A DNA stretch of 63,679 bases, the filler included, from Nemertoderma westbladi (Eukaryota > Animalia > Xenacoelomorpha): the NCBI GenBank assembly GCA_032718475.1. It is 4 parts of 4 records of this genome, joined end to end, with 100 filler letters (N's around TTAATTAATTAA, not from the genome) between each part and the next. Parts side by side here need not be neighbours in the genome. Positions count along the whole stretch, not along the records: positions 1 to 13,425 come from JAUCBJ010004460.1; positions 13,526 to 44,285 come from JAUCBJ010002082.1; 2 more parts are not named here. The stretch is one strand, 5' to 3'. The position numbers and the translations under genes were made by a program. Within the stretch, counting starts at the first letter, position 1. The number at the start of each line of letters is the position of its first letter. The notes under the pieces were generated by a model. That model did no database searches. It saw nothing but the letters and a program-made list of their open reading frames with translations, and was not told the origin of the DNA. Positions 12,465 through 26,340 of the stretch are shown here, piece after piece.

Positions 12465-13425
12465 CCTTTACCGGAGGCCTACACAAAACCAACAATAAAC
12501 GAATATTATTGTTATTATGTCTGATCCATAAAATCAGAGTTAGGGCTACCGGAAGTCTATATCCCCTTTTAAGCATAATCATTGTACCACCAGTAAGCCT
12601 GATTGAGCATCATTAGGCCCCTTGAACAAGCAACAAAATTGAAGTTAAGTTTTGTTTCAGTTTCATTTACAAAGGCCGTAGTACATTCAACAAAATATTC
12701 AAAAAAAATTACCAATTCAACAAAATTGAACTGAAATTAATTATTACTGAAGTTGTAGCTGGAAACCCAGCCCAGCAAGGTGAGCTTCGCTTTGTATTAG
12801 AACAACCAGATAGGGGGGAAACTGGACGCAATAAACATTCATCCCTCTCCAGGGGAAATTCGACGCAAATAACAGCTGATTACTCTCAAAAATAAAACTG
12901 TAACCTGTTCAATTGTGTTTAGTTTATTGTTTTGGTTAAAATAACGTGCCACTGTAACCTGCTCCTTTCCCGAAATTGAGAATTTAACATTGAGAATTTA
13001 ACATTGAGGTGGGATATTAATTCGCCAAGGCGGGTTTTGCATCCTGCCCCTGTCTCAGAAAAACTCCCCTTGGAAATTGTAAACGGGATTTGGGTTTCAG
13101 ACAGAAATTGTAACCGGGATTTGTGTTTCAGACAGAAATTGTAAACGGGATTTGTGTTTAAGACAAACGACTCCAGTTCCAAACGTACACATCCACAACT
13201 TCAGCTGCGGCTTATTTAAGGGGGGAGGACCCCCTCCTTGGGTAAAATTTTCACATTTTTGGTTTTCTATTTTATCTGATGCAGAATTTAATGGGGAGTT
13301 CAAATCTTGAAACAGTTTGGCGAGATCTTTTTTAGTTCTCGAGTTATCGCTGTCTTTCCGTCTATCAGTTTGTCCGTCAAAATTTAGAAGACAGACAGAC
13401 AGACATGCTGTCAGACAGACATATT

Positions 13426-13525
13426 NNNNNNNNNNNNNNNNNNNNNNNNNNNNNNNNNNNNNNNNNNNNTTAATTAATTAANNNNNNNNNNNNNNNNNNN
13501 NNNNNNNNNNNNNNNNNNNNNNNNN
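13426..13525. other. Artificial contig spacer
   Basis: N44-TTAATTAATTAA-N44, which gives stops in all six frames. Confidence 0.97.
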
Positions 13526-14420
13526 AGGAGATATCGCCAATGGGAATATCTGGGAGTACAGACTCAGACACTTTTACTTCTATAAAGTTATCAGGCAATA
13601 CCCTGTCATTATTGAGGAGCTTTTCAAAGTGGGCTTTCCAACCATTGAGGCGATCGGCTGGTGATTCAGCCTTAACCTTGGTGGTTGGTTGGCTTTTCCG
13701 CCCAGTAAGCAGATTGATCGATTTCCATGCCTGGGATGATTGCCTGCTGTCGTCAGCATCATTGATGGCATCAACCTGTTGGTTTATTAGCTCCTGTAGA
13801 TTAACAGAGTACTGCCTGTTCAGGGACCTAGATGCAGCTTTAACTGCATTCTTGGCCGCTGTAGTCTGTTTGAGTCGGGACTCTTTCTGCGCCTTATGAA
13901 GGTCATTTCGGCACTTCTGAATTTTGTTGTCAGTCCAGGGGGCCCTTTTCCTGTTTCGAGGGTATACAGGAACTGTTTCTGCAGCTGCTAACTTAACTGC
14001 TTCTGTAAAGGCAGTATAGCCCTCACAGTGATCTGCCGCCTCAGAGGCAAGAGCCTCATACCTGTTGCTCAGCTGTAGTGTGAAGCTGGATCTCACACTT
14101 GGCTGTTGCAACAGAGAGGACTAGTCATGCCGTGGCAAGGCAGATTTCGTTGTTCTGCTAGCACGCAGACTAAGTCTTACCTTGGCCACAATAAGGCGGT
14201 GATCACTGGAGAAGGGTCGAAGTGTAAATGCATTACAGTCTTGTATAGAGCTCCTGTATTTCCTACGAAACAGAATATGGTCTATCTGGGACTTGTGACC
14301 ACTGGGTCCACTATGAGTCCATAGCTTTCCAGTTCGCTTCTTGAACTGGGTTCCAGCCGAAAACAATCCATTTCCAGAGATAAAATCCTGAAGATGGACA
14401 GAATTTCGGTTAACACTATT
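13526..14420 (-). mobile_element. RTE-like LINE fragment (APE endonuclease C-terminus and linker)
   Basis: WTHSGPSGHKSQIDHILFRRKYRSS...FSSDHRLIVAKVRLSL, then QAWKSINLLTGRK...WKAHFEKLL; frameshifted. Confidence 0.85.
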
Positions 14421-14499
14421 GCTATAGACCCAGGGCGATGTCGGTGATTGATGCAGACTTGCATTGAAGAAAATTAAACTCCCCGCCAGGAACGCGGAA

Positions 14500-16246
14500 A
14501 CCGAGTCGCGGGTGGCCGCGTAGGAACGCGTTCCTCGCGCACAGAACGCGGATCGCGAGACCCGGGCCCGGGAACGGGTGCCGTTCCACGAACGCTTCGA
14601 ACAGACCGAGGTCCCGTCCCTGTTGTCGGACCTGCAATGAAAGAGGCAGAAGGAAATAAAAATGACTTAAATATAAATATTTATTTATCTTAATTGTGTT
14701 AATCAATAAACATGTTTTGGTATAAAATAAATTAATTTGAAGAGAACAGTTCATATATAATTAAGAGAGATACACCTCCAGTAGAGGTAAATAGGTGATT
14801 ATATTATATAATATAAATAGAAATCAAAACTTAATTAAAAAATAACGGAGTAAAAGTAAAAAAAAAAAGATTGAAAACTTAGGAGATAAAGAGTGGCAAT
14901 CCCCTGGGCCAGCAGACACGTGGACGTGTCCAACCCGAGACGCGACAACTCGTCCTCGATGACCCGCATAAAGGTGTCCCCGATGATCCGTCGTTTATCC
15001 TCCGGCTCCACGACGTCACGCAATGCCGGCGTCTCCCGGGAACCACCAACGGTGGTCCGAGCCGAGTAGAACTCCTCGCTGGCGTCCAGATATCGGACCT
15101 TGAGACCCAGGCCGTTGAGGGCGCGGACCACCTGGGTCGACTCGTCTAGTCGCATGAACCCGTTGTTGATGTGAACCGCGATGATGGAGTCAGATGGGAT
15201 GGCCTTGTGGAGCAGCGCAGCGCAGACAGTGGAGTCGACCCCGCCACTAACAAGGACAATCACCTGTGAAATAGAAATAGAATTTCCTTAGACTTTTAAT
15301 ACCACACTGATTTGGTATTAATAATGAAGTTCCGCCTTATCGGAAGTGACACTCTCCCAACGGTACCTTTTTCCACCGGTACCGGAAGTGACGTCTCTCC
15401 GTTTCCCTTACTGATACCTGTGTAACGGAAGTGACGCCCCTCTGCTTCGCCGTTTACTTTACCTTTGGACCGGAAGTGACACCACTCTATTTCCTTTACC
15501 TTTCTGCCGGAAGTGACGTCTCTCCGTTTCCCTTACCTTTGTACCGGAAGTGACGCCTCTCCGTTCCGCCGTTTCCCTTACCTTTGTACCGGAAGTGACG
15601 CACCGCTGTATCTCGGCGGTACAACTCGCTTCTCGGTTATCCATAGTAAAGTTACCGGTGCAACCCGAAACTTTGTACAGGAAGTTCCTCATCATGACCC
15701 GCCCGTTGGTGGTGAGATCAACCTCGGGGTGGAACTGCACCCCGTAGAACGGACGCGATTCGTGTGCCAACGCCGCCACCATGTCGCCGGACCGCGCCAC
15801 AACCTGGTAACCAGGGGCAAACGAGGTAACCGTATCCCCGTGGGTTAGCAGCACCGACTGGTGGGCTTCCAGTTAACTAAACAGAGGACAATCCGTTTCC
15901 ACCGTAACATCGAACTGGCCATCTTCTCTTGCTTCTTTCTTCTCGACTTTGCCTTCGAAGATATATTGTTTATCAGTTGTAGTCCGTAGCAGATACCTAG
16001 AACCGGAATCCCCAAAGAGAATATACCCGGATCGCATCGTGGAGAGTCTGGTGACGTCACGCTTTCTGGGCCGCCCGATATAATGATCGCTTTGAAGCCC
16101 TTCCTATGTAGTTCCTCTGGGTCGGTGTTTAACGGTAGTAACTCGGTCCCAACGTTCAGCTCACGCACTTTACGATCTATAACTTTGCCGTATTGCGCTC
16201 CTGCGTCCAATAACGCTACAAACTCTGCTGAATGGCACGTCGACAT
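14500..16246 (-). pseudogene. GMPS: GMP synthase (glutamine-hydrolysing), disrupted multi-exon copy
   Basis: Exon 16246-15582 has LDAGAQYGKVIDRKVREL, GICYGLQ and GVQFHPEVDLT. Exon 15263 to ~14900 has VSGGVDSTVCAALL and PEDKRRIIGDTF. Exon from 14631 has [13 protein letters not shown]. Frameshift near 15965, in-frame TAA near 15875, the segment after LAQG is missing and the C-terminus is lost. Confidence 0.9.
15335..15600 (-). repeat. ~40-bp tandem repeats derived from the GMPS exon 1/intron 1 junction
   Basis: About seven copies of GTCACTTCCG, several continuing GTACAAAGGTAAGGGAAACGG. Confidence 0.85.
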
Positions 16247-17785
16247 AATTAATTACCGCTAATTCTGTAATTCAATTATTAACATACAATATTTGTAGGC
16301 CTAATTATTATAGTACTGTTCTGACTGTCTGAGGTTTTAGAATGAGCTGATTTCATTGGGAATGTTTATAAAATTGTGGTATTTTCAAAAATGGCCAATG
16401 TGCCAGTCGAAAATTTTAAGTGCCAGCCAGTGCACTTCTATTCCAGTACTGCAGTACTCTGGTCGGTACTGGTCCGGTAATGCAGTGTATTATTCTGTAT
16501 GTGGTATGTGCATTATACTGCACTACTGCGTTAGGCAATAGATTAATGCTGAGTGCATTATGCGTTACTGTGTTAGGCATCAATCAATGCCTTTTATCAT
16601 TATTACATTACCTGATTACCTGTGTTTATTTGACTATTTATTATCACCTCTCTCTACACGGGCTGGCAGCCACCCGGGCCTAATCTAATCTGGACATAGT
16701 ATCTGAATCTGTATGGAGGCCGTAGCAGTAGCAGTTACTAACATTTGTACATTTCGACGGGCGATATATTCAGTAAACCGGAATCTGTTCCGACTTCATT
16801 GTGCTATATGCTATAAATACCTCAAATTCCTCGGAGACCGCCAGAAAAATAATATACCGCCCATCGTCCTTCGAAATTCATGACGGAGAGTAATCAACAA
16901 AGGTGCGATATTTTTAAATGTCATATTCGTGATCAGCATCCCAAACCCCATATGGTCATAAAATCAACTTGTTTTCGTGGTGATTTTTCATTATCGTATT
17001 TTGACTACTTGTTTTTTTCGTGCTCCAGGGGCACAAATAACTGACTAATAACTAATACAACAACATGCCTAAGCCTATGTTGTTATATTACACAACTCTT
17101 CGATATGTTTGATGTAGAGGAATAAACCTTCCCAATGAAATCAGCACATTCTAAAACCTCAGTAGCCAAACTGTACGGCCAATTTACCACTTTTGAAAAA
17201 AGTGATACTTGCACTTTTGGTGCTCTTTTACTATCTATTGATAAAAAAATGAAAATAGTGCTTCTAATCTTGCTTCGATTACTAATAATGAATTAAACAA
17301 ACCAAAAAAGCATAGTATTATAGTTTAATGGTTATACCAAAGTCTTGAAGCAGCGGTGATGTATTTTGTGTACTTTTATCAATTCCGAAAGGTGTTGATA
17401 TGGTATGGGTGCCAGGAATGCCTCATATCTCGAAAACTACTGGAGCTATTAACTTTTTATTTGTCTCGTGTCAAAGAGGATATAATTTTAGTTAGGGACA
17501 AGTACTTTTCGACGCGCTAGACGTATATTTTCAGGGGTTTTATCTAAGAGACTGGCCCACTAAATTAAGGGGCTTTGCAGCAGCTTGGCGGGTCGTATAT
17601 ATAGTAGGTCATGGTACAGTCTTATTGGCCATTTAGAAGCGAGCCTTCCAAAGCTACGCTTAAACACTACTGGAAGACTTTGAGATTGCCGCACAGAGGG
17701 TGGCATTTATAGTTTTAGCGACAAGCCATGCCAAGGCGTCCGTATATCTACTAATGTACATACCGTATCTCTAGTAGGCCTACGC

Positions 17786-20412
17786 TGTGATGAAAACAAT
17801 GTTGTCTAATGCCAGTTATCAATGTTAAAGATATTGTACAACATAAACTGCACTCAGAATAATCTCAATTACTGCAATCCGCCTAAGTACCGGTAGCCCG
17901 TTATCAACCCCAACACCAATCAGTTCTAGTACAGCAGTACTTACCGTACCGGTATACAGTACATCAGTCTATTGTTTTTCAGTCCAGAAAATCGACTTAG
18001 ATCCTACTTTTTCCCCACATCTCCCGCAGTTTTTTCATAAAAACTTTATCATATTTTACTTTCAGTTTCAAACTGTTTCAGTCGGCTTCAACATTCCTCT
18101 ATATATCGTCTCGGTGGGTGCACTGTTCGCTGTGGTCTTGATAATTTCTTTGATGATGATTCTATAACTGAGTCTTCACTGTCTTCGCTGCTACTATCAC
18201 TGTCATTATCGTGCGTCGTCTCGTGAACAACTGGTTTCTCTTCTTGTCGGTAGGTCTTTCTTACGTCATTCATGTGTCTTCTGACTCCATTTACAACTAC
18301 GGCCCACTTGTCTACTGTTTCGACTCGAACCGGGCCTCTTCACTTCTTCCAGCATTTTACATGTTGTCCAGGCTTTACATAGACCCAGTCTCCTGGCTGT
18401 ATCTTGTGTAGTGGCTTCGTCGTGTCGGTGCTCGTTTGTCCTATTGCTGTTTTGATACCCGGTAGCTTGGTACGTCTCTCCGCTAACCCTCGGAAACACA
18501 ATTCCGTGGGGGAACCGTCTTCTCCTCTACTTGTGGTATGATTGTACCAGAAAGTTGACTGTTCTAACGTTTTCCCCAAGCGAGCCGCCCACGTTTTTAT
18601 AGTGCGGTGTACCCGTTCGACCGGGTTGCCCTGTGGTCGATACGCACATATGTATGATATGTTTACTTCCCATTTACTGAGGAATTTCTGGAACTCGTAG
18701 CTCCAGAATGCCGGTCAGTGGTCAGCCATCACTATGTCTGGAGGACCCAATTCTGTGAAGATCTGCTGCATTTCTCGCACCACATTGCAAGCATTCTCGT
18801 TGGTTACACGACGTATTATGGTATACTTTGTTGCACAGTCCTTTATTGACAGATACTGCCGATTTCCATATTCAACGAAGTCTATTGATAGCCGATTCCA
18901 CACTTTTGAGGCCTTTGTACTCCCAGTCTTCCAATTCAACGGACTCGGATCTATGCTGAAGCATTGCTGGCATTCCCGACATATTTGTTCCACCATTTGT
19001 TTGTCTATTACTTCTTTCAGTTCAACGTCGCAATGACACATCTCCAATGTTCTCTCGATACCCGGATGGAATATGTTATGAATTTCTGTAATCCGTTTTC
19101 GATGATCTGAATCTACTGTTTCTTTGAGCTGCATTGTTGCCACAGCTGCTGCTAAGGGTTTTCTTTGATTTTCTTCGATACCATAGGGTTCGCTATTGCC
19201 AATTTTTAACCAATTCTTCGGAACTCTTGTTAGCGCATCTGCTTTGTTTAAATGTGTGGGTACTTGACATGGGTGGATCTTTAAGTCAAATTGCTGGATA
19301 GTGTTAGCGATTATATCCAGCCGTCTTGCTATTAATTTCCGCGATTGTCCCTTTGTTCTGATGCATGTTCAGATGTCTGTTCCAACATTTCCATAGCCAT
19401 CTGTCTAACTTTCGCATCGACGACATTATCCCATGCCATTTCTGCACAGCACCGCTGAATCCATGCGCACGCAGGCCTGATCGATCCTGCTATCGGATAG
19501 TGACCACGCAACTTCCCGCACAGCGAATATATTTCTCGTCTAGTTATCGTATCCGACACTTCCGTTGGTACCTCCAAGTCGCGATTCCGCTGCAGCGTAC
19601 CAGTATGGTCTTCTGTTATGTGGAGTCCTAATACTCGGCTTCCATGCTCGATTTTTTTCGCTGGTTTAGTCATCAGTCCGTACTTAGTCAAATGGTCGCG
19701 CACTTTGCCAGTCGAAATGCGTTCTGTATCGACGTAGATGTCATCTCTGAAGTTGTTAGTTGCTTTCTTCACTTCTACATCCTTTGATAACACTTTCTCC
19801 ACTATTCTATCCATGATTTTGGGTGCTGGTCCTATCCCAAACCCCATTACTGTAACCAAGTACTGAGTCCCATGGTATACCACGGTTTGAAAGGGTCTCA
19901 ATGCTTCAGTAATTCCTACCTGCATATAGGCCCATTTCAAGTCTAAAAGCACTGTTTTATTTCCCATACAGCGCCACTTACGCATTTTTTCGTTACAGGC
20001 AGCCGCTTCGCGACCTGGCGAGTTTTCCACATGCTGGTTCAACTCTCTGTAGTCCAATATGGGGCGGACTCTTTCTTTCTTCGGTTCATATTTAGACATG
20101 ATTGGAATAGTACCTCGCACCGCACCGTGTTTATCTGGGTCGTATGGTACCATCCAACTTTGCTGTACCCACTCTTCCATCCCCGATTCGAACATCCGCC
20201 GATGTTCCGGACGAATTTTGTACTCTGTTGCTCTATTTTGCAGCATCAGCTCCGAGTTGTTCTTCCACTTCCACTCAGCAACCCATTTATATCCATCGTA
20301 GGTAGCGCTAAAGTCTGACTCATCTAATTCGATTACCGGATTAGAGAATGGTTTGGCAACTTTGGGAGAAATGAAGCTCGCTGCTGCTCCGACCAGTTCC
20401 TTTGTATCCCTG
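17786..20412 (-). mobile_element. Gypsy-like LTR retrotransposon, 5'-truncated and decayed
   Basis: RT RPILDYRELN...LDLKWAYMQV...MGFGIGPAP...FRDDIY; NKADALTRV; integrase HNIFHPGIERT...C..C, SIDF, AYRPQGNPVERVHRTIK. PPT GCGGGAGA is followed by TGTGGGG at 18019. LTR end at 17786 is tentative. Confidence 0.82.
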
Positions 20413-20549
20413 CCCTGCAAACATTTTACGTTAATTACGCTAATCTAACGTTAGACTTTAGTCTGTTTTAGGTTAGAAAAATAAAGTTATAAAAATAACT
20501 TAGAACAAACGTTTTCTAACGTCTTATAATCGTTTAAAAACTACATGTC

Positions 20550-21045
20550 TAAAATCAACTAAACCCAAACGTTAAACCGACGTTCAATTTTAACATCAAT
20601 TTTTAACGTTATTTTGAAACGTCTGACATTGGTTAAATTTAATCATGAACAAAAATGACTAAACACAAACGTTAAACAGACGTTGAATTTTAACATCAAT
20701 TTTTAACGTTATTTTGAAACGTCTGACATTGGTTAAATTTAATCATGAACAAAAATGACTAAACACAAACGTTAAACAGACGTTTAATTTTAACATCAAT
20801 TTTTAACGTTATTTTGAAACGTCTGATGTTGGTTAAAATTAATTATGTACAAAAATCACTAAACCCAAACGTTAAACAAACGTTGACTTTTAACATAGAT
20901 TTTTAACGTTATTTTGAAACGTCAGACATTGGTTAAATTTAATCATGAACATAAATCACTAAACCCAATAATAAACAAACGTTGAAATTTAACATCGATT
21001 TTTAATGTTAATTTAAAACGTCTGACATTGGTTAAATAGAATCAT
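20550..21045. repeat. 100-bp tandem repeat, ~5 copies
   Basis: AAAC(A/C)CAAACGTTAAAC recurs at 20561, 20661, 20761 and 20861, with a degenerate copy at 20961. Confidence 0.92.
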
Positions 21046-21149
21046 TCTTGTATTAGAAAATTGTAATTTAATTTAGTCACGTTAATATTTATTGCACCAG
21101 GTCCCCCGGAATATAGTGTTGTAATTCAGTGTCATGCAACTATCACTCA

Positions 21150-21715
21150 AGTTGTACCTTGTGGTCTTACTTTTGTACCTGGGGGGGAGGGGGTGTGGTC
21201 TTACTTTTTTCCCTGGGGGGGGTCTTAATACTTTTGTACTAGGGGGTCTTACTTTTGTTTCAGGGGAGTCTTACTTTTGTACCAGGGGGGTCTTACTTTT
21301 GTACTTGGCGGGGTCTTACTTTTTGTACCTGGAGGGGTCATACTTGGACTTACTTTTGTACCTGGGGGTCTTACACTACTTTTGTACCTAAGGGGGGGAG
21401 GTCTTACTTTTGTACCTGGAGGTCTTACTTTTCTTCCAGGGGAGTCTTACCTTTGTACCTGGGCCACGTGGGTCTTACGTTTGTACCTGGGGGCCTTACG
21501 TTTGTACCAGGGGGTCTTACTTTTGTACCTTGGGGGGGGGGGTCTTACGTTTGTACCTGGGGGTCTTACTTTTGTACCTGGGTGGGTCTTACGTTTGTAC
21601 CTGGGGGCCTTATGTTTGTACCAGGGGGTCTTACTTTTGTACCAGGGGGATTTACTTTTGTACCTTGGGGGGGGGGGTCTTACGTTTGTACCTGGGGGGT
21701 CTTACTTTTGTACCT
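21150..21715. repeat. ~21-25-bp G-run minisatellite
   Basis: About 25 units of GGGGGTCTTAC(T/G)TTTGTACC(T/A). The ORFs called over it are artefacts. Confidence 0.95.
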
Positions 21716-22081
21716 TCGATTTCGAATAGAATTTTCGCATTCGATTCTCAATTTATCGTTCCAACTCCGCTGGGTATGATATTTAAACAGTACCATTTCC
21801 CTTTCGGTGTCGACATCGTCCGTATCGTGTAAATCGATAGGATGACCAGTAGTTAAGAAGTCCATATGCGTACCATTACGATGCGTATAGCGAGCGGTGA
21901 AGTTTCTATAGTCCAATTCACGCGTAAGTTGCTCCTGGGACATTGGCGGTTCGATATAACGACCATCGTCCTCTGTAGTAGTTGGACCAGCGTCGCCGCG
22001 TATCAAGCTATCAACAAACGTTTGTAAAGGTAGAGTATATCGCTCCCTGATACCAAGATCATCTTCTATCAACTCAGTCAT
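21716..22081 (-). CDS. BEL accessory ORF copy 2 (MTELIEDDLG...), truncated by the minisatellite
   Basis: Open ~120 codons homologous to 4089-4450, with many third-position differences. Confidence 0.7.
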
Positions 22082-22988
22082 ATCTGCTATATGAGTTTAT
22101 CAATATTATAATGAGTTTATATTTAGGCTAGCGAGCGTCGCTGCCTACCCCTCTCGGCCCCCGGACAGCGCAAGATCCTCAGCGCTGGTGTATTTTTGCC
22201 GATGTGCCTATCGCCAACGTCGTAGCTGCACAACGACTACAACAACCAGCGCGAGTCACTCCACCGTCCGTCCCAAAGGCTTAGATTTACTTCAGGTTCT
22301 TACTGGAGAGTTAGGGCTACTTTCACAATTGCGACTCGCTACTGTAAACACACTTTAGTAGTAACATTCACCTATAAACGCACAAATTCCACACAACTGT
22401 CACAAATCGCACACATTCGGGCCATTTGTCCGTTAGTCAGTGCCTTCCAGAATGCCACGTTATTATTGGGTATCCTGGGATACTAGCAGTGTGCTATTTA
22501 TTCCTTATGCTATTCAATGGGCAAGCTTTATTGTTCTTTTAACTCACTTCTAATTCTAGCATGGTTGTTGCTATGGTGACATTATGGAAAGCTAGCGGTA
22601 GAATTAGGGTAATTCCCATGCATACAGATCTGGGATGCTATTTAATAGTAATTCTTTAATTGTCAATATTTCTCTTTATACATGATTTTATGAATTTTAT
22701 CGGCTATTGACTATATATTGGAGATTCTCGCACACTAATATACTTAATAGGGTGAATCTCCGCTCCCATGATCTATTAATTTATGGAATTTTGGGAATGT
22801 TATAAATTGTATAAAAATGACAATTTATCAAATTCATTAAAAAGATGAATTTAAATTTATTCCCGTAAATTTTATTATTTAATATTAAATAGACACAATT
22901 TTATTCCAGAACATGTCTGGGGACTGGGATCCTTGATTCTAGGAAATTGATCCTTTTAAGAATATCGGTAAGTGCTACGATATCTTAA

Positions 22989-24555
22989 CCCTATTAAACC
23001 CGGGGGGGGGGGGTCAATATGACCCCTCCCGTGGTTTTTTTATTATAATTCTGAAACAAACGCAGTTGGGAATCTGAAATTTTATGACTTTTCCTTAAAA
23101 TCTATTGTCTTCCTAGTAGTGAAAACCGTTTTCAAAAATATGTGGTACTTTTCGAGTTATAGCGCCATTTTTTAACCCTACTTTTGGCACTTTTTTTGAG
23201 ACGTTTTTTGAAAATTACATTTCATTAAATATGAATTGTAACATCTCTATTTTTTATTTACACGGGTTTTTTGGTGTTAGAAATTTGATGGAATTCATAT
23301 AAATTGATTTAGAAATTTTAAACTTGTTTTTTTCGGTGGGTGCCAAATTTTGGTGCCAGCACCAAATTTTGAAATAAGTCAATTTTGTAAATTGATCGTT
23401 TGAAACTTGTTTTTTACGCAATTTGGGTTTTTTGGGTTTCTGGATTCGAAGAAATATATACGAGTTGCACGAAGCGTATCAAACTTGTATTTTTCGGTGC
23501 TGTGTGCAAATTTTGGTGCTAGCACGAAATAGAAATAGATAAAATTGCTTGTGAGAATTTATTTTTTGCGTTTTAGAGGTTTATGGCTGTTCTGAATTCA
23601 ATGGAAAATATAATTATCGAACTAGACATCTCAAACTTGTATTTTTCGGATGTGGGTGCAAAATGTGGTGCTACTGTAGCACCAAATTTTGAAAACCATC
23701 AAATATATCAATTGATTGTGTCACCTTGTTTCTTGCGTTATACGGGTTTGTGATGGTTCTGAATTCAATGGAATCAGTAAAAATTTCATAGGAGAGTTGT
23801 CAAACTTGTATTTTTCGCCGGTGGGTGAAAATTGTTGTGCCAGCACCAAATTTTGGAAAATATGCAAATTGATAAGTAGATAGTATCACCTTGTTTCTTG
23901 CGTTATACGGGTTTATGAGGGTCCTGAATCCGATGGAATCAATAAAAACTGCACTGAACATCGCAAACTTGTACTTTTTGGTGATGGGTACGAAATTTGG
24001 TGCTAGCACCAAAATTTGCCAAATTACGCCGAAAAATACAAGTAGCAATGATCTAGCATATTAGAAATGTATTCCATTAGAATCAGCGCCCTCAAAAACC
24101 TGAAAATGTGAATTTATAGCATCGTATAAGTGAATTAAAAATTTTGTGTTCTAACTGAAAAGTGCTGGTTACTTGTTTTTTTCATTTTTTTCCTACGCAG
24201 AGAGGACTAAACAGCCTTTTATAGTAATCATATAATTTTTTAATATTTTCCAATGTATTTTACACCCCAGAAAACCTGTATTGAAAAATAATTTGCCGAA
24301 AATGTATCTTTCAAATTTGGTGAAAATTGTGCACTACTTGTAATTTTGGTGCTGCAATATAACCACCCCAGTACATTTTTTCGAAAATTTTTTTTTTCGG
24401 TCGGATCCAGACAAGTGATACCTACGTACAAACAAAAAATCAGACGTTTTCGTAAATATTTGTAGATTTTAGAGGGGGGGGGGGGGGGGGGGGGGGGGTC
24501 AATATGACCCCCTCCCGGTATTTGTACAACATTTTATAGCCCGGTCCTAATAGGG
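22989..24555. mobile_element. Non-autonomous piggyBac-like element
   Basis: TTAA|CCCTATTA...TAATAGGG|TTAA. The paralogous BEL region at about 3177-3180 has a single TTAA (empty site). Internal GCACCAAAATTT-type repeats. Confidence 0.92.
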
Positions 24556-26340
24556 TTAATAGACTAGAATTTTAAAGGATCTAAAATTTGACAGATTTTA
24601 TAAATATTAATAATTAATATTTAGGATGGGCACCAGTTTATTCCAGAACTTGTCTGGGGACGTTAACCACTGATTCTAGAATTTTGTCTTTCAAGTATAT
24701 CGGTGGGTGCCGCGATATCTTAATCGACTAGAATTGCAGATGGTCAAAGGGTTTAACAGATTTATTTTGCGTTATACGCTACTGTTAAAGGGACATCACG
24801 CTACTATATGTATTATTTAATATACGGTATGAGAGCAATATCGCACGAAGCAATGTCAGTGAGAAGAGGCAAGTCGTTTCCAAGGTCTACCCAGAGCTTG
24901 GTTTAGCCGAGACAGGAGGATCTGAATTTTGCATTCCTAATACTCTACTTTACCAATAATACTTGAATATAGTAGGAGCTTTATTGTACTTTAATAAGTA
25001 CGGATATTTCATCTTACTGTAGTTACGTATTTGTAATGTAATACGGACAGTAAGGAAAGAGAAAAATAATTATTTCTCGCCGTCGCTGTAAATATATAAT
25101 ATGTAAATAATTAAGTAATAAGCACTAATATATTGCACTAATCTACTAAATAATCGCTAAAATAACATTCTACTAAATAAAATTAAAGAAAACGATTATA
25201 ATAAAATTACATAATAATACATACATAAATATAAAATAATAAGAATATAAAATAATATGGTCACACACCCACTCCATACGCTACTAAGCTGGGGAGTCCC
25301 TAGATGTTTGTTGGATTAGGGAGGTGGTCGTGGGAAGAGTATCTTGCCTTCCATAGTTTCCGGACAGTTCTCGGTCTCTTTCCAGTAAACATAAACGACA
25401 AACTGGGCGATTGAGGTGCTGTGTCTCGAAGACAATTCCCGGTTTCTTGAAGTTACGTCGCATGACGACGAGTTCTACCGATCGCACCAAACCATCATCC
25501 GAGATGTGAGTCTCGATGATACGACCTGTCTGCCACCGCTTACGTGGAAGATCTGAGTCCACAATAAGGACCATGTCTCCAGCGCTGACGTTTTCTTGCT
25601 GCGCAAACCACTTCGTTCGAAGTTGTAGCGTGGGCAGATAGTGTTTTTCGAAATGATCAGCGAAACGACGGGATAACAACTGCATGAGTTGCCAAGTTTG
25701 CCAGCAGTATTCGTCTCCGTCTGTGATTTCCGATTGTGGGGAGCATGGCTACAGGTTTCTTCAGTAGGAAGTGCGCGGGTGTTAGCGCTTCCAGGGAATC
25801 GGGACTCGATGAGACTGGCATAAGCGGTCTCTCGTTGAGATAGGCGGCGATTTCCTCCATTATCGTCCGCAAAAGTTCGTCGGTGAGATACGCGCGGCGG
25901 CACGGCACTATAAAGTGAAATGCGGTCTTCACGCTTCTAATTAATCTCTCCCAACTTCCTCCCCACCAAGGGGCGTCGGAGGCGTTGAAGGTCCAGCTAG
26001 AAGCTGTTACCCTTAGCTGATCATCCACCTGTCTTTGGTTCCAATCTTTGACGTAAGCTTTGATTTCATTGTTGGCACCAATGAAGTTTGTTCCCTTATC
26101 AGATCTCATCGTGTTACTAGTTCCAAAGCGAGCGATCTGTCGTCGTAAGCTTAATAGGAAGCTGTTGGTAGATAAATCGTTCACCATATCTAGATGGATA
26201 GCTCTACAAGTCATACAAACAAAGATGACGCACCATCTCTTGACTATAGTCCTAGCACGATATACTTCAATAGGGCCAAATAAATCTACACCGGTATTAG
26301 TAAAGGGTGGTTCATAGAAGCTTACTCGTTCCCTAGGTAA

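Noticed and set aside
21134-21832. Overlapping ORFs with repeated peptides
   Set aside because: They are translations of a stop-poor minisatellite.
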